NCBI GenBank assembly: GCA_949358305.1
Contig: OX442314.1
Location: 28,954,001 to 29,018,000, forward strand
From: Strigamia acuminata
Lineage: Eukaryota
DNA length: 64,000 bases
Direction of reading: 5' to 3'
The position numbers and the translations under genes are program-made. Shown in pieces: positions 32,101 through 41,744 of the stretch. The notes under the pieces are model-generated. The model worked only from the letters and a program-made list of their open reading frames with translations, had not been told where the DNA came from and did not search any database. Positions within the stretch are counted from its first letter, which is position 1. The number at the start of each line of letters is the position of its first letter.

Positions 32101-33226
32101 TCATCCATCCCAACAATGGTAGTGGCTCTGTCGCTCCGTACGGCAAAAGTCGAACATCACTCCATCTTAATTCTGGCGCCGGCGTCAATTGTTTAAACAC
32201 CTCCCTGCTCAAAATGTCAACAGACGTGCCCGAATCCACCACGAACGACACCTTCACCTTCCGCTTCCCCATCAGCAGCTCCACCCTCGGCATTTCCTTC
32301 TGCGAGCCAACCAAACCAATATTCCAAATTGGCACATCATCATCCAAGATGTCCTCTCGAGATGGCGCTTTATTCATGATATTAACCTTCTGTTTCACTT
32401 CCTCTTTGCCGTCCTGTTTGGATTTACAAAATCGAACGAAATGCCCGACTCTCCCGCACCCGTGGCATTTAACCGTTTTCGCGGGGCAATTCTGTCCTTC
32501 CAAATGCGGCCAATTCCGACCACAATTAAAGCATCTCCTAGCTGGTCCACCTCCTCTCGATGCTGCACCTGCGCCACCACCCCTATCTGTTCCACGTCTA
32601 GAATTGCCAAAACGTACCAAATTAATGTCTAATTCATCCGAATTACTCACGACCTCCATTTGTTTGGCCTGCCACTCGGAAGTTTCATAACCACGACCTG
32701 CATCCAATAAGTCCTTCAACACCCATGCTGTCTCTCGAAGCCCTCGACGACGTAAATGGCCCATCATCGTTCCCATGATGATTTGAGATTTAATTTCCGC
32801 ACTATCGTCCGTAAAATCGCATCCGACTGACAGTTGTTTCAAACGTGTATGAAATTCGTCTATCGTCTCGCCCGCCCTCTGGCGACTCATCCGAAAATTA
32901 TATTTACAAAATTCGACGTTCTTCCTCGGTGCAAAATACGTCGCTAATGCGTCTTTGACCGTCTTATATTTAGCGTCCGCCAACGTGAGTGTTTCGTATA
33001 TCGCGTACACCTCCTCACCGGCATGATGGAGTAACATCGCCGCCCTTCTCGCATCGTCCGTTATTCCCGCGGCGACTAAATACATCTCCAAACGTCCGAC
33101 CCACCTTGTCCATCTCTGGCTCTGTGTTGTCACTTCCCCATGAATATCAAAACTCGGTAAACCCGACGCTTGCACGAAACTAGCCGGTCCCGGTGCCACG
33201 CCCACCACTGGCTTCGACTCCGCCAT
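29117..33226 (-). CDS. gag-pol: Single-frame Gag-Pol polyprotein of element 3 (1369 aa)
   Basis: Two Cys/His knuckles (CFNC..H..C; CHGCGRVGHFVRFC), VVDSGT, IMDD, TVDAG, HRGHQG..CVPC, MDFLGP/SDNG/NGEVER. Confidence 0.96.
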   Translation of the reverse strand: MAESKPVVGVAPGPASFVQASGLPSFDIHGEVTTQSQRWTRWVGRLEMYLVAAGITDDARRAAMLLHHAGEEVYAIYETLTLADAKYKTVKDALATYFAPRKNVEFCKYNFRMSRQRAGETIDEFHTRLKQLSVGCDFTDDSAEIKSQIIMGTMMGHLRRRGLRETAWVLKDLLDAGRGYETSEWQAKQMEVVSNSDELDINLVRFGNSRRGTDRGGGAGAASRGGGPARRCFNCGRNWPHLEGQNCPAKTVKCHGCGRVGHFVRFCKSKQDGKEEVKQKVNIMNKAPSREDILDDDVPIWNIGLVGSQKEMPRVELLMGKRKVKVSFVVDSGTSVDILSREVFKQLTPAPELRWSDVRLLPYGATEPLPLLGWMRTTLGGRDKEEVVTDLFVVDRKGESLLSYATARRLGVIGAVNSVEQGNLATQIEEQYPELFRGIGKLAGRQVHLHVDESVPPVAQRYRPLPFNLRRKVEKELMRLVEMDIIERVDESMGPTSWISPIHVVDKPKDPDPDAIRICMDAREVNRAIKRVRHTSPRLEDLISMAEGATIFSKLDLNHGFHQLELDEVSRQFMVFATHVGLFRFKRLGFGVNSAPEIFQDSVEKVIEEVDNTINIMDDIFVVGKRDKDHGEALHGVLRKLKEKRLTLNKQKCEFGKKELIFFGHVFSERGIAVDPKKVEAVVKMETPTSAAEVKSLLGMIVYCARFVRNMADKTKSLRDLTRKSAVFAWKPEHQSAWEYVKRELSNNEILAYYDSTAKIHLTVDAGPHGLGAILAQLREGEAEPRVVAYASRALTDVETRYSQIEKETLAVVWSVEHFYLYLYGTVFVIFTDHKPLVSIFSNRRARPSARIERLCLRIQQYEFEVKHTSGATNPSDYLSRHPGSRLSLTEKVVERYVNFVVETRMPTTMTREEVIRETRADEVLQLLRKALHGEGEKPWQEERLKPFMMIRDEITSTGDGVLLRGDRILIPESLRSRVVELAHRGHQGVVKTKNLLREKVWFPGLDKRVERRIAQCVPCQASLVVSRREPLQMSVLPERPWQRLAMDFLGPFPDGRLLLVMVDEYSRFPFVDEVNSTAARTIIPILEKRFSELGIPESVKSDNGPPFTSEEIRVFMSGFGIQHRRVTPLWPEANGEVERMMRTLNKAILTAVTEGRVWSKEIHEFLLNYRATPHSTTGVAPAKLLYQRALQTRLPQNFGKVNDDGVRQRDEKGKEKMKLEADGRRRVCSHGLTVGDQVLVKRRKTNKLMTPYDPELMTVVKVEGSRITAKRGQYQVVRNSSFFKKMEQDVEDGEFDEPGGGEMELSVSEEEEERGAREEPQQLDDVQPIVQQAVEQQQQSVIPERTRPIRERREPDRYTNAKASEKRK

Positions 33227-33313
33227 CTTGGAAAAAATTCAAACGCACCGATGTTCACACAAAATCGTAACTCACACGTTCAATCGTCCGTCAAACGTTC
33301 TCCACACGAAATT

Positions 33314-33329
33314 ATCCCGCTCGTCGCCA
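33314..33329 (-). promoter_or_regulatory. Primer-binding site of element 3, tRNA-Ser-like
   Basis: TGGCGACGAG(CGGGAT) 1 nt after the LTR; complementary to the ..CTCGTCGCCA end of tRNA-Ser(GCU). Confidence 0.7.
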
Positions 33330-34984
33330 ATGTAATGTCGCTATGAATGTCCGGATGTCAATAAAGCACGCACACACTTTCATTCAATACTTGATTCCTA
33401 TCTGACTCTTTATTTCAGCTTCATCACCTTTATACTCTCGGTCACCTTCATCACAACCTCGCGCCCTCTAGTGGCGGTATATACATTTAATCGAGTCATC
33501 ACTATATCACAGCAGCTGAGACACACGAAACGATTATAGAGCGCCAAATGTTCTCGCTTTCAGCTTTGATCAGTGAAATTGGTGGAACCCTCGGTCTATA
33601 CCTTGGCGTAAGCGTTTTCACAATTGTTGATCTCATTAGCTTTCTTGCCCAACTTTCAGTTTCCAAGTTTAAACATTTTATAATATATCAAGATTAATAC
33701 CGCTTCTGTTAAGCCTTCAGTAAGCCACATAAAAGTCAATCTCTGCACTATAAGCATTGATACAAATAAGAACCAAAACCGGTTCAGATTAACGTGTAAG
33801 ACCAATTATTTTTAGCAATAACTGAAGTTGTTAATGTGATTAATGTGAGTAATACAGTAGCATTATTGTACACTAAATTTTACTTAAAGTTTTCTGACAA
33901 GAGAAAAAACTTAGTTATTGCCTGCATATCTGTTTGTCTCCCAGGTTCAAAATGTCTACTGACAGGGAAAAGCATCTTAGAAAAATTTATCCTACCATAT
34001 TATCAGTGTTTATTATTGATTGTTACAATCTGTCAGGTTCAATTGTTAGATTAACATAGTTTAAAATTGTGTTAGCTATAGCAATGGGTTTAGTGTTTAG
34101 TATATTTAACGCATACTGCCCAGAATAACCGCTGAAGACGTTCTGTGCAGGTACCAATAAATTATGCTTGAGTTGAGAAACCTTGTGTGATGTGTCTATT
34201 TATTATTCTGTGCATGTTTAACCACTTGTTTAACCAGTCTACCCCAAGGGTGATGAAATGGATAAACGATCTTACCTTTTGTGTCGCTTTTCACTAAGAG
34301 CAATGCTAAATCGACATCGCCATACATTGATTTAAACATGTTAAGTTTTTAATCAACTAAGCATGACCCCCTAGATAGTCATTAGATTGAGAATATCAAA
34401 TTGGGTGTTTAATCTCAAAATCGATTTAGACTGAAAAGGATTTATTCAAATTAAAATCACAGGTTGCATACTAAGTTATCATCCATATTGGAGTCATCAT
34501 CCAATAGACATGATCCCTAGATCCAAAAACCAAGTCGACAGTACAACTTGGGCAATTACTAGACCACTGGGCTCCAGATATAATAAAAAAGACTCCAGAC
34601 CCAAAAGAAATTCAGGACCGGCTCAACTCAAGATAGGATTGAGTGGTGCTACCGCACAAGGCGCCAAAACAAAAAGGATGCAAAAATTCATTCATAAGCA
34701 TTGAAAACGATGTTTGTGCATGGAGAGCCAAGACAATGCCCAATATGACACCCAACAAAATGATTTAAGTTCTCTTCCTCGAAGTAATCCAAAAGATACG
34801 AAATGTTTTTCTCGAGTCTCCATTTCTTCGCTTATTTGCTGAAAAGTTAATGTTAATTTGAACTTTTAGCTTTGTAAAGTCACATTTACAAAGATTGTAG
34901 ATTTTTGTTTTAATCAGCAACTTTAAAAAATTAAAAAGACAATTTACAATAAACGCACACAATAACTTTACAATTTTTAAATTT

Positions 34985-35130
34985 CAAATTTGTCAGTCAA
35001 TAAATTTAATTTTTAATTTGTCAGTTTTATCAATAAATTTAATTTTAAATTTGTCAGTTTTATCAATAAATTTAATTTTAAATTTATCAGTTTTAACAAT
35101 AAATTTAATTTCAAATTTATCAGTTTAATT
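34985..35130. repeat. 33-bp AT-rich tandem repeat, ~4 copies
   Basis: Unit TCAATAAATTTAATTTTAAATTTGTCAGTTTTA. Confidence 0.85.
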
Positions 35131-38100
35131 AAATTTTAATTTTTTTAAATTTCAAAATTTTTAAATTTTAAAAATTTAAAAATTTATTTTAAAATATTTA
35201 CATGTAAATATTTTCATTATTTCATAAAAATAAATCCCACGAAAATAATTTTCATGAAAATCAATCCTATGAAAATCCATTAAATTTTCATAAAACTCTC
35301 ACACATGCATAAGTGTGGACAAAATCAACAGAAGGCAATGATACAAGCTCACATCTACGTCATAATGTTACAAATTTTATAACCAAATTAAAATGTTAAA
35401 CTACAAAATTTTATACCATTTTGTTTCGTTTAACTCCATCGATGATATTCTAATTAAGTTTTGAAGTAAAATTCACAGAACCAACCCCATATTTAACAAA
35501 TTTCAATTTTTTAGCTTTTTATTTTGAAATATGTCGCCAGCTCGTGATAAACTCATACATTAACTTTCCAAGTTATTTACAAAGCAACTTAAATTTAATG
35601 TAAATGTCTAATTTACACATGAAATTTAAGAAGTGTGTAAATACAATGTTAAATTTCTAATTTTTGTTTGATTATACAACAACTTGTGACCGTCAGGCCA
35701 CCTGGGGTGACCTACGTCACTGCCACACACCACCATACGGCCCCAAGATCACCCCCTGATTGGGCAAGGTGATCTAGCCCGGGGGAAGGAGGGAGCTAAG
35801 TGGTGTGGGGAGGAGTTGCAGAGAGAGAGAGTGCGGACACCAACCAGGCAGGTCGTGTGTTGACAGAGTTCCAGGGTGTTGTAGTAGACGAGGGGACAAG
35901 GCGTGTCCCGGCTGAGAGGACTCTGCACTCCTTCCCATTCACCACAGCGATGCTCAGTATCTGGGTTTTCCACCCAATACAGCCTCCATGAGTGGTCACT
36001 GCGGGCTGTAGGTAAGTACAGCATGAATGTAACGTTGAACCGACCACGTCACCCATTGGGCTCGCGCCCAGTGTGTGACGGGTCGGTTGCCGGTGCGGCG
36101 TGCCTTCGTGGCACCCCTGCAACGGGTAACGGGATTCCCCATACCCCTAGACAACACAATAAAGGCCAACCAACCAATATTGTGGGATTCCCCGTTATTT
36201 ACGTGAAGTATGCGTCCCTACCCAGTGTTATCAGTCCCCTGACTACACTGGCGAGACCATAGCAGTCACAATTGAGGGCCCTGTCCGAGATTTGAACTTG
36301 AAAATTTTTTTTTTGTGTTTCCGCCATTTTGTTTTGCCTTGTGTGTCAAATTTTGGTTGCATTTTGTTTTGCTTTATGCCCCAGTTTTTGTTGCTCTTTG
36401 CTTTGCTCCTTGGTGGGGGCTCAATTGTATTGTTTTTCTCTTGTTTTTATTTTGGAATGTGGGTTAATTACTTTCTTTGAGGGGCTGAGGAATTTGAAAG
36501 GTGTTTTTGTTAGCCACTTTGGGTCGCGTGAGAGGCTTAGTTGTGGGGGGCTGAATGCTTTTTCATTTGAAGGTTTCTTAGATTGTATTTTTCTCAGTGC
36601 TGGTATGGTTGGGGGCTCTGAAATTTATTTTCAGACGCACTGCAACCAACCAAAACATTTTGGTATTCATTTCTCTGGGTGGCTGGGGGGATTTGCTCTC
36701 CACCTTAGGCGGTCATAGCAACGCATGCCATTATGTCCATTCTTTTGTGTTTTTCTCCCCTCGCACTGACTTGACCTCGCAGTGCTTTTGTCTTTGTTTT
36801 CACTTGCACTGTGTGTCTATTTTTAGAGTCGGGGTGAGAAACACTTGTTATTCTTCTGTCACACTCTTCTCTGAATTTGGGCTGGGTATTGTTCGAGTTT
36901 TTGGGGAGTGTTGTGCAATTTTATATTATTTTATGGAGTTCTTTCTTTTTTGCTGGCCTGGTTGGGGTTTGATTGATTTGTTCTTTTTTTTCTGTTACAA
37001 TTAAGGCCCACTTTATGATGACAATAGCCAGCCAGCACATTAGCTTGATGCCATACCCTTTTCTTATTATTTTGAAGTGTATTTTTCTTGTGTGTTTGGT
37101 TGACTTGAGTTTGACCTTGGTGTTTCCTTTAATCATCTTAGGATAATAATGGCCAACCAACACATGAGCTTTATACCATTTTTATATTATTTTATAATTT
37201 ATTTCTTTGGTGTGCAATTGGGAGAGAAACCATTTGTAGGTGCTCAGAATTTGTGGTCTGAAGCGTTGGAGATGTACAGCTTCATCGTTTTAGGGGCATA
37301 CTGAAAGTGGGGTGTGTAGGGGTTAGGCTTGAACAAGCTGGCAACGTGTTACCCATGACATTCCTGAGGTTACGCAGACGTAATGAGTGTCTTAGAGGGT
37401 CGGCACCACACCAGACGAATGGTAGATTAAGTTCTTTTATTTCTTTCCCTGGATTTGCAGATTTGGTGCTTTTTCCGAGTGTGTTTTTTGGCGGGAAACG
37501 TGAATGTGGTGTTGTTGTGGTGGGCAGGCATGCTGCTGGGTGCAGTATATCCCGGTTCAGCCCTGTGCCTTGCCCGGGCGACGATAAACTAATGCGGTAA
37601 ATTTAGGGGAGCTCTGTTCATTACTGGCCAGAGGTACATTCCTGGTTGCAGCGGTTTGAGTAATCTTTTGAATCACAGACACGCGTACTTAAGGAGAATG
37701 CACGGAGACTGGGTTTCCAACCCTGTCCCGGGCACTGGTGGACACGGCTCGGTGTGGTTTTGGCAATGTGTTTTATATGCGCATTTACGACACATTGTAC
37801 CGATTTCACTGCCTTGCCGTGGAAATTGGGTCTCGGATAGCGGGGGGGCGGCCTTTGCAGGGGACTGCTCAGGTGTCGAGCCCGAAGGTGTTTTGCTTTC
37901 AAACCGCGCGTGGAATGCTTGCAAGCACGGATTGGGTGGCTAACAGCTTTGAAAAAAGACTGTGAATCCAGCCCAACACCTTTTTAATCTTTGTTTTCAA
38001 TGTGCTGTGTGTGGATCCCTCTTCCCAATTTTGTGAAACATACCACATTTTTCTTGAACCCTTCTTTTATCCTATTTCTACCCTAATTTCATATCCGGGT

Positions 38101-38564
38101 TGGTGAGGAGTGAGGCTCCCGGGGATTGGACCTAACTTTCCCTGGCGCTGGACCGTGTTCAGTTGCAATACCTCCAATCTGGCTCTGGCTCTGTTCGCCG
38201 ATTTCCCTTCACTCTTAGTCTGAGGCGAACGAGTCGACATTTTTGCCTCATCAGGATTATCGCGATCTTGATGGTGTTTCGGGTGTGATTTTGGTGCTGG
38301 AGCTATGCCAAAGGAAGCCTGAAACACGCGTTTTAGCGTTTTCAGCAGGGGTTAAAACTGGTGGCAGACGTATACACCAGCGCAAAGGAAAACGTACGCC
38401 TTAGCATCAAAGCTGTGGGGCGCGATGGAAAATGCCACGAAAAATCGATATACGCAGTTTTTTGTACTTGGTTCTGGCGTGAATAATTTAGAACACGAAG
38501 GGAAAGACAAACCGTGGGATTGCGTTTGTTAGTTTGGGAGTGTCAGAGAACTTCCAGTCGCCCA

Positions 38565-38725
38565 TTTCTATCTTCTGGGGCGTGGATAAATGCCGGAAAG
38601 GTGTTCGCCGTTTTCTATCTTTTGGGGCGTGGATAAGTACCAGAAAGGTGTTCGCTAATTTTTTGTTTTGGGGCGTGGATTAGAAAAAACCAAAATATAA
38701 CCGCTAATTTGATCTTTTGGGGCGC
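38565..38725 (+). repeat. 3-4 imperfect direct repeats with GGGGCGTGG GC-boxes immediately upstream of gag
   Basis: TTCTATCTT(C/T)TGGGGCGTGGATAA..GAAAGGTGTTCGC at ~50-bp spacing. Confidence 0.7.
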
Positions 38726-38741
38726 TGAGATACAGATACGC

Positions 38742-39638
38742 ATGGACCCGTTCTCGGGCGATCGCACGGCGGCAAGGACGTTTCTCATCCAGCTGAGATC
38801 GAATCTGTCCTTCGCCGAGCTGCAGCTCGATTATGTGGCTAGGCGTTTCTTGTCGAGATTTTTTACAGGTGACGCCCTATCTTGGTGGCAATCGACGATG
38901 CCCGTGAAAACGTGGGATGAGTTTGAAGTCGCCTTCCAGACCCGGTTCGCACCCTCCGACAGCCAACTACTCGCGAAAGTAGTATCCATCAAGCAGGCGA
39001 AGGATGTGACGGCTTTGCAGATTTGGACGGACCTGGACGCGTTGTTTAACCAGATGCAGGTGCCGATAGCGGATGAGTATAAAATTAATTATGCTTTGGC
39101 AGCTATGACCCCGGAAACGTGCACTATGGCAGCGAGCACCTTGGCATGGGATCACTCCTGGCTAGGATTGAAGCGCTCCTGTGTACGTTTCGCCCCGGCA
39201 GCTTTGGCAATGGAAAGGTTCCGTGACCCGGCCAGTGTAATCATACCTCATTGGCATTCACCACCGGCCCAGGCGTTGCCGAAGTTTGCTGACCTGAAAA
39301 GCGGAGATAGAACGCGGAGTTGGTTGAAGCCTCCGACGGGTAAGCCTGTGGCGACTCCTGGTGGGAAGCTTACGGAAACCCCAAAGGCGGCTGCGACCCG
39401 ACCCGCGTCTAACCTGCTGAAGGATCATGCGATCGCACCTACTGGCGCAGGTTGTTGGCATTGTGGCGGACCGCATTTTGAGCGTCAGTGCACGATCAAA
39501 CACAAACTCGCCGGTAAGGCTGCTGAACGCGTGGCCCACCTAACTGAGGAACTGGCGAAAGCTGTGTTCTTCACGAAAGGTATAACCGAAGAAAAGACTG
39601 AGTCGGAAAACGAGCTGGAGCAGGCTCCGGAGGATTAA
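38742..39638 (+). CDS. gag: Gag of element 4 (~298 aa)
   Basis: MDPFSGD..FTGDALSWW..TWDEFEVAFQTRF; CWHCGGPHFERQC knuckle. Confidence 0.85.
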   Translation: MDPFSGDRTAARTFLIQLRSNLSFAELQLDYVARRFLSRFFTGDALSWWQSTMPVKTWDEFEVAFQTRFAPSDSQLLAKVVSIKQAKDVTALQIWTDLDALFNQMQVPIADEYKINYALAAMTPETCTMAASTLAWDHSWLGLKRSCVRFAPAALAMERFRDPASVIIPHWHSPPAQALPKFADLKSGDRTRSWLKPPTGKPVATPGGKLTETPKAAATRPASNLLKDHAIAPTGAGCWHCGGPHFERQCTIKHKLAGKAAERVAHLTEELAKAVFFTKGITEEKTESENELEQAPED

Positions 39639-40402
39639 TTTCATCCGAGGCCTGCGAGCAAGCCGCTTCCTTCTTAGCACCCAGTGGGACTGATTTGGAT
39701 GATGATATCTTTGCAGACTTCTCACCTTCAGAACCACACCCCTTCTCGGGACTTCCCGAGGTTGAGGTATTCGATATAGTACACGTTGCTGTCAGGGATT
39801 GGAATTGCCCTCTTCCCTACATCAATGTTTGCTTGAACGGCCATGAGACAAAAGCTTTGGTTGACTGCGGCGCAACTGGTCCTTATATCAGCAGCGCTAT
39901 GGCCGACAGGTTTAATCTCATGCACCTGATTGAACCCTGTAAGAATCCTATTAGGGTTATGACTGGTGACAGAGTGACGAGCCCAATTGGAATACTCGAG
40001 TTGCTTCTGTGCTGGAGAACTGGGAGTCAAAAGATCCGTTTCCCGGTGTTACCCTCTAGTTCGTGTTTCATCCTCCTCGGGTGCAACTGGATTAAGGGGA
40101 ACAACATCGTGATTAGATTGCCCCGGAATGATTGGTTTCACCTTGATAATCCGGAGGAGACATTTCCTTTTGACCCCCAACCATATAGAGTAGACTTAGC
40201 GGTCCCTGTCGTGGACCAGTGGGAGCTCGCCGAATCCGCACGGATAGATGGCGAATCTGCTGGGCCTACGCTCGCGGAATGTTTAACCTTTTCGCGGATT
40301 GGCTTCCGCGAAATCCGCATTTTGGGGGTGACTATTCTGGGAATTCCGGGTGGACCATACTCTTCCGAAAAATGTCCGGGGTGGTGTTGGGAGTGTCGAT
40401 AG
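39605..40402 (+). pseudogene. Truncated pol of element 4: aspartic protease only, entered by -1 frameshift
   Basis: G_GAA_AAC at 39605-39611, then GCAGGC/GCCTGC stem; ALVDCGATG and ILLGCNW motifs; similarity is lost before RT. Confidence 0.8.
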
Positions 40403-41744
40403 ACTGTTTTGTGTCAAGGTTGCCAATTTTCATGTAAGTATTGGAAGGTTCATTTCTGTGCATTCTCATATATTTTTTTCACAGGAGCAACGAGGCGCGA
40501 TGAAGGGGGATCAAGCGAGAGTGAATAAAATAAACTCGTTTTTGTCTCAAATGCGCGTTTGCGTTTGTAAATTTGGTTGTCTTGCAACGCGGTGGCGCGT
40601 TTGAGTTTCGTGTTGCGATACAAACACGCACGGGTGCGTATTGGAGTCGTAAACGACTTTCTGTCGCAATGCGATCGCGTATTTGACAAATTTCTGCAGA
40701 TTTTTGCCAATATTTGACAATTTTCAGACAAATTTCAATTAATTTTAGAAATTTTTGAGAGATTTCAATAAAAGTTTGAGGAATTTCTTATGCTGACGCT
40801 AAAATGCCAAAAGGAGTCTTAACTCAGAAGAGCACTTTTCCGACCACTTAGGTGTCGGAAAAGCACTTCCAAAGGTCGCAAAATGTGCTCTACGCGTTTT
40901 TTGACACTAGAACGGTCGAAAACGAGTCTAAAACTGCTAAGCTGGCGCCTGTAACTTGGCGCATTCGCTGGGTCGCTCGAAAATGAGATTCGAGCAAACC
41001 GAAACCTATGAGAGAAACGCGCCGGCGGAAATATTCGTTTTTACCAATGAATACTTAATAAATCTTCATGGGAATTTAATCCCAATCTACTGTAGGCTTA
41101 GGAACCTTGAATACCAAATAAAAACAAAGGAGCAAAGGCGGGAAACAAAGAACAAGGGCCCGACGCCCGTAAATCACCAAAATGGCTATCTGCCAGACAC
41201 GCTAGTGGCCTTGAGCCACTTCTAACTTCGTTTTCGAGGTCGTGGGTCTCGAAAACGACTAAACCGAGTGGTGGGAACGATTCCCGAGGTCTTTTTAGTC
41301 AATGTCGCCCAAAACCCGAATCAACAAGCTAACTTTCAACGAGAAACGAAGACTGGAGCCGAATGCGGTGATAAGCGCTCATTCCAGACTCGTGTAAGCG
41401 ATCTCCGCTTAAAGCCAGTTGCTCTGAGCAGACGACGCAATCGCTTACCAAGGAAAAAGACGGGTTTATGGGCTCAAAACCCGACGAAACACTTAAACAG
41501 GATCCAGAAATTACCAAGCGAGTTGGTAAGCTAAACTAAAACTGTAAAATAAGTTGGGGACTTGGTAAAATGCGAGTCTCTCAAACTTTTGTTGCGTCCT
41601 GCTCGCAACACGCGCGATGTACGCGCGTGGCCGCGTGTTGAACGTGCGCACTACGCGCAAGAACCGTACAAACCGAGGTAAAACGAATTAAACACATATC
41701 TAATGCAAAAACAATTATTAAATACATCATTCTTGTTGCTGTTT

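Larger units (their letters stand above)
28850..33511 (-). mobile_element. Full-length Ty3/gypsy (Mag-like) LTR retrotransposon, element 3 (4,662 bp)
   Basis: 181-bp LTRs (28850-29030, 33331-33511) differing at 1 seen position; 5-bp TSD GCAGC; PPT AAGGGGGAAGGGA; single ORF. Confidence 0.97.
25936..33697 (+). pseudogene. DEG/ENaC gene B, paralog of gene A; last exon interrupted by element 3 (5'-most exon not resolved)
   Basis: Exons ~25936-26386 (TM1 FFKLVWFLLVVACF..FPSV), ~26770-26872, 28029-28117, 28183-28287, 28452-28558, 28631-28849 + 33517-33697 (SEIGGTLGLYLGVS); intron positions match gene A. Confidence 0.82.
35685..40402 (+). mobile_element. 3'-truncated gypsy LTR retrotransposon, element 4 (LTR, PBS, ~2.4-kb leader, gag, protease; no RT/IN or 3' LTR seen)
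   Basis: 586-bp LTR 35685-36270 with TGTGAC..GTCACA termini and AATAAA; degenerate tRNA-Pro PBS TGAGGGCCCTGTCCGAGAT at 36273. Confidence 0.78.
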
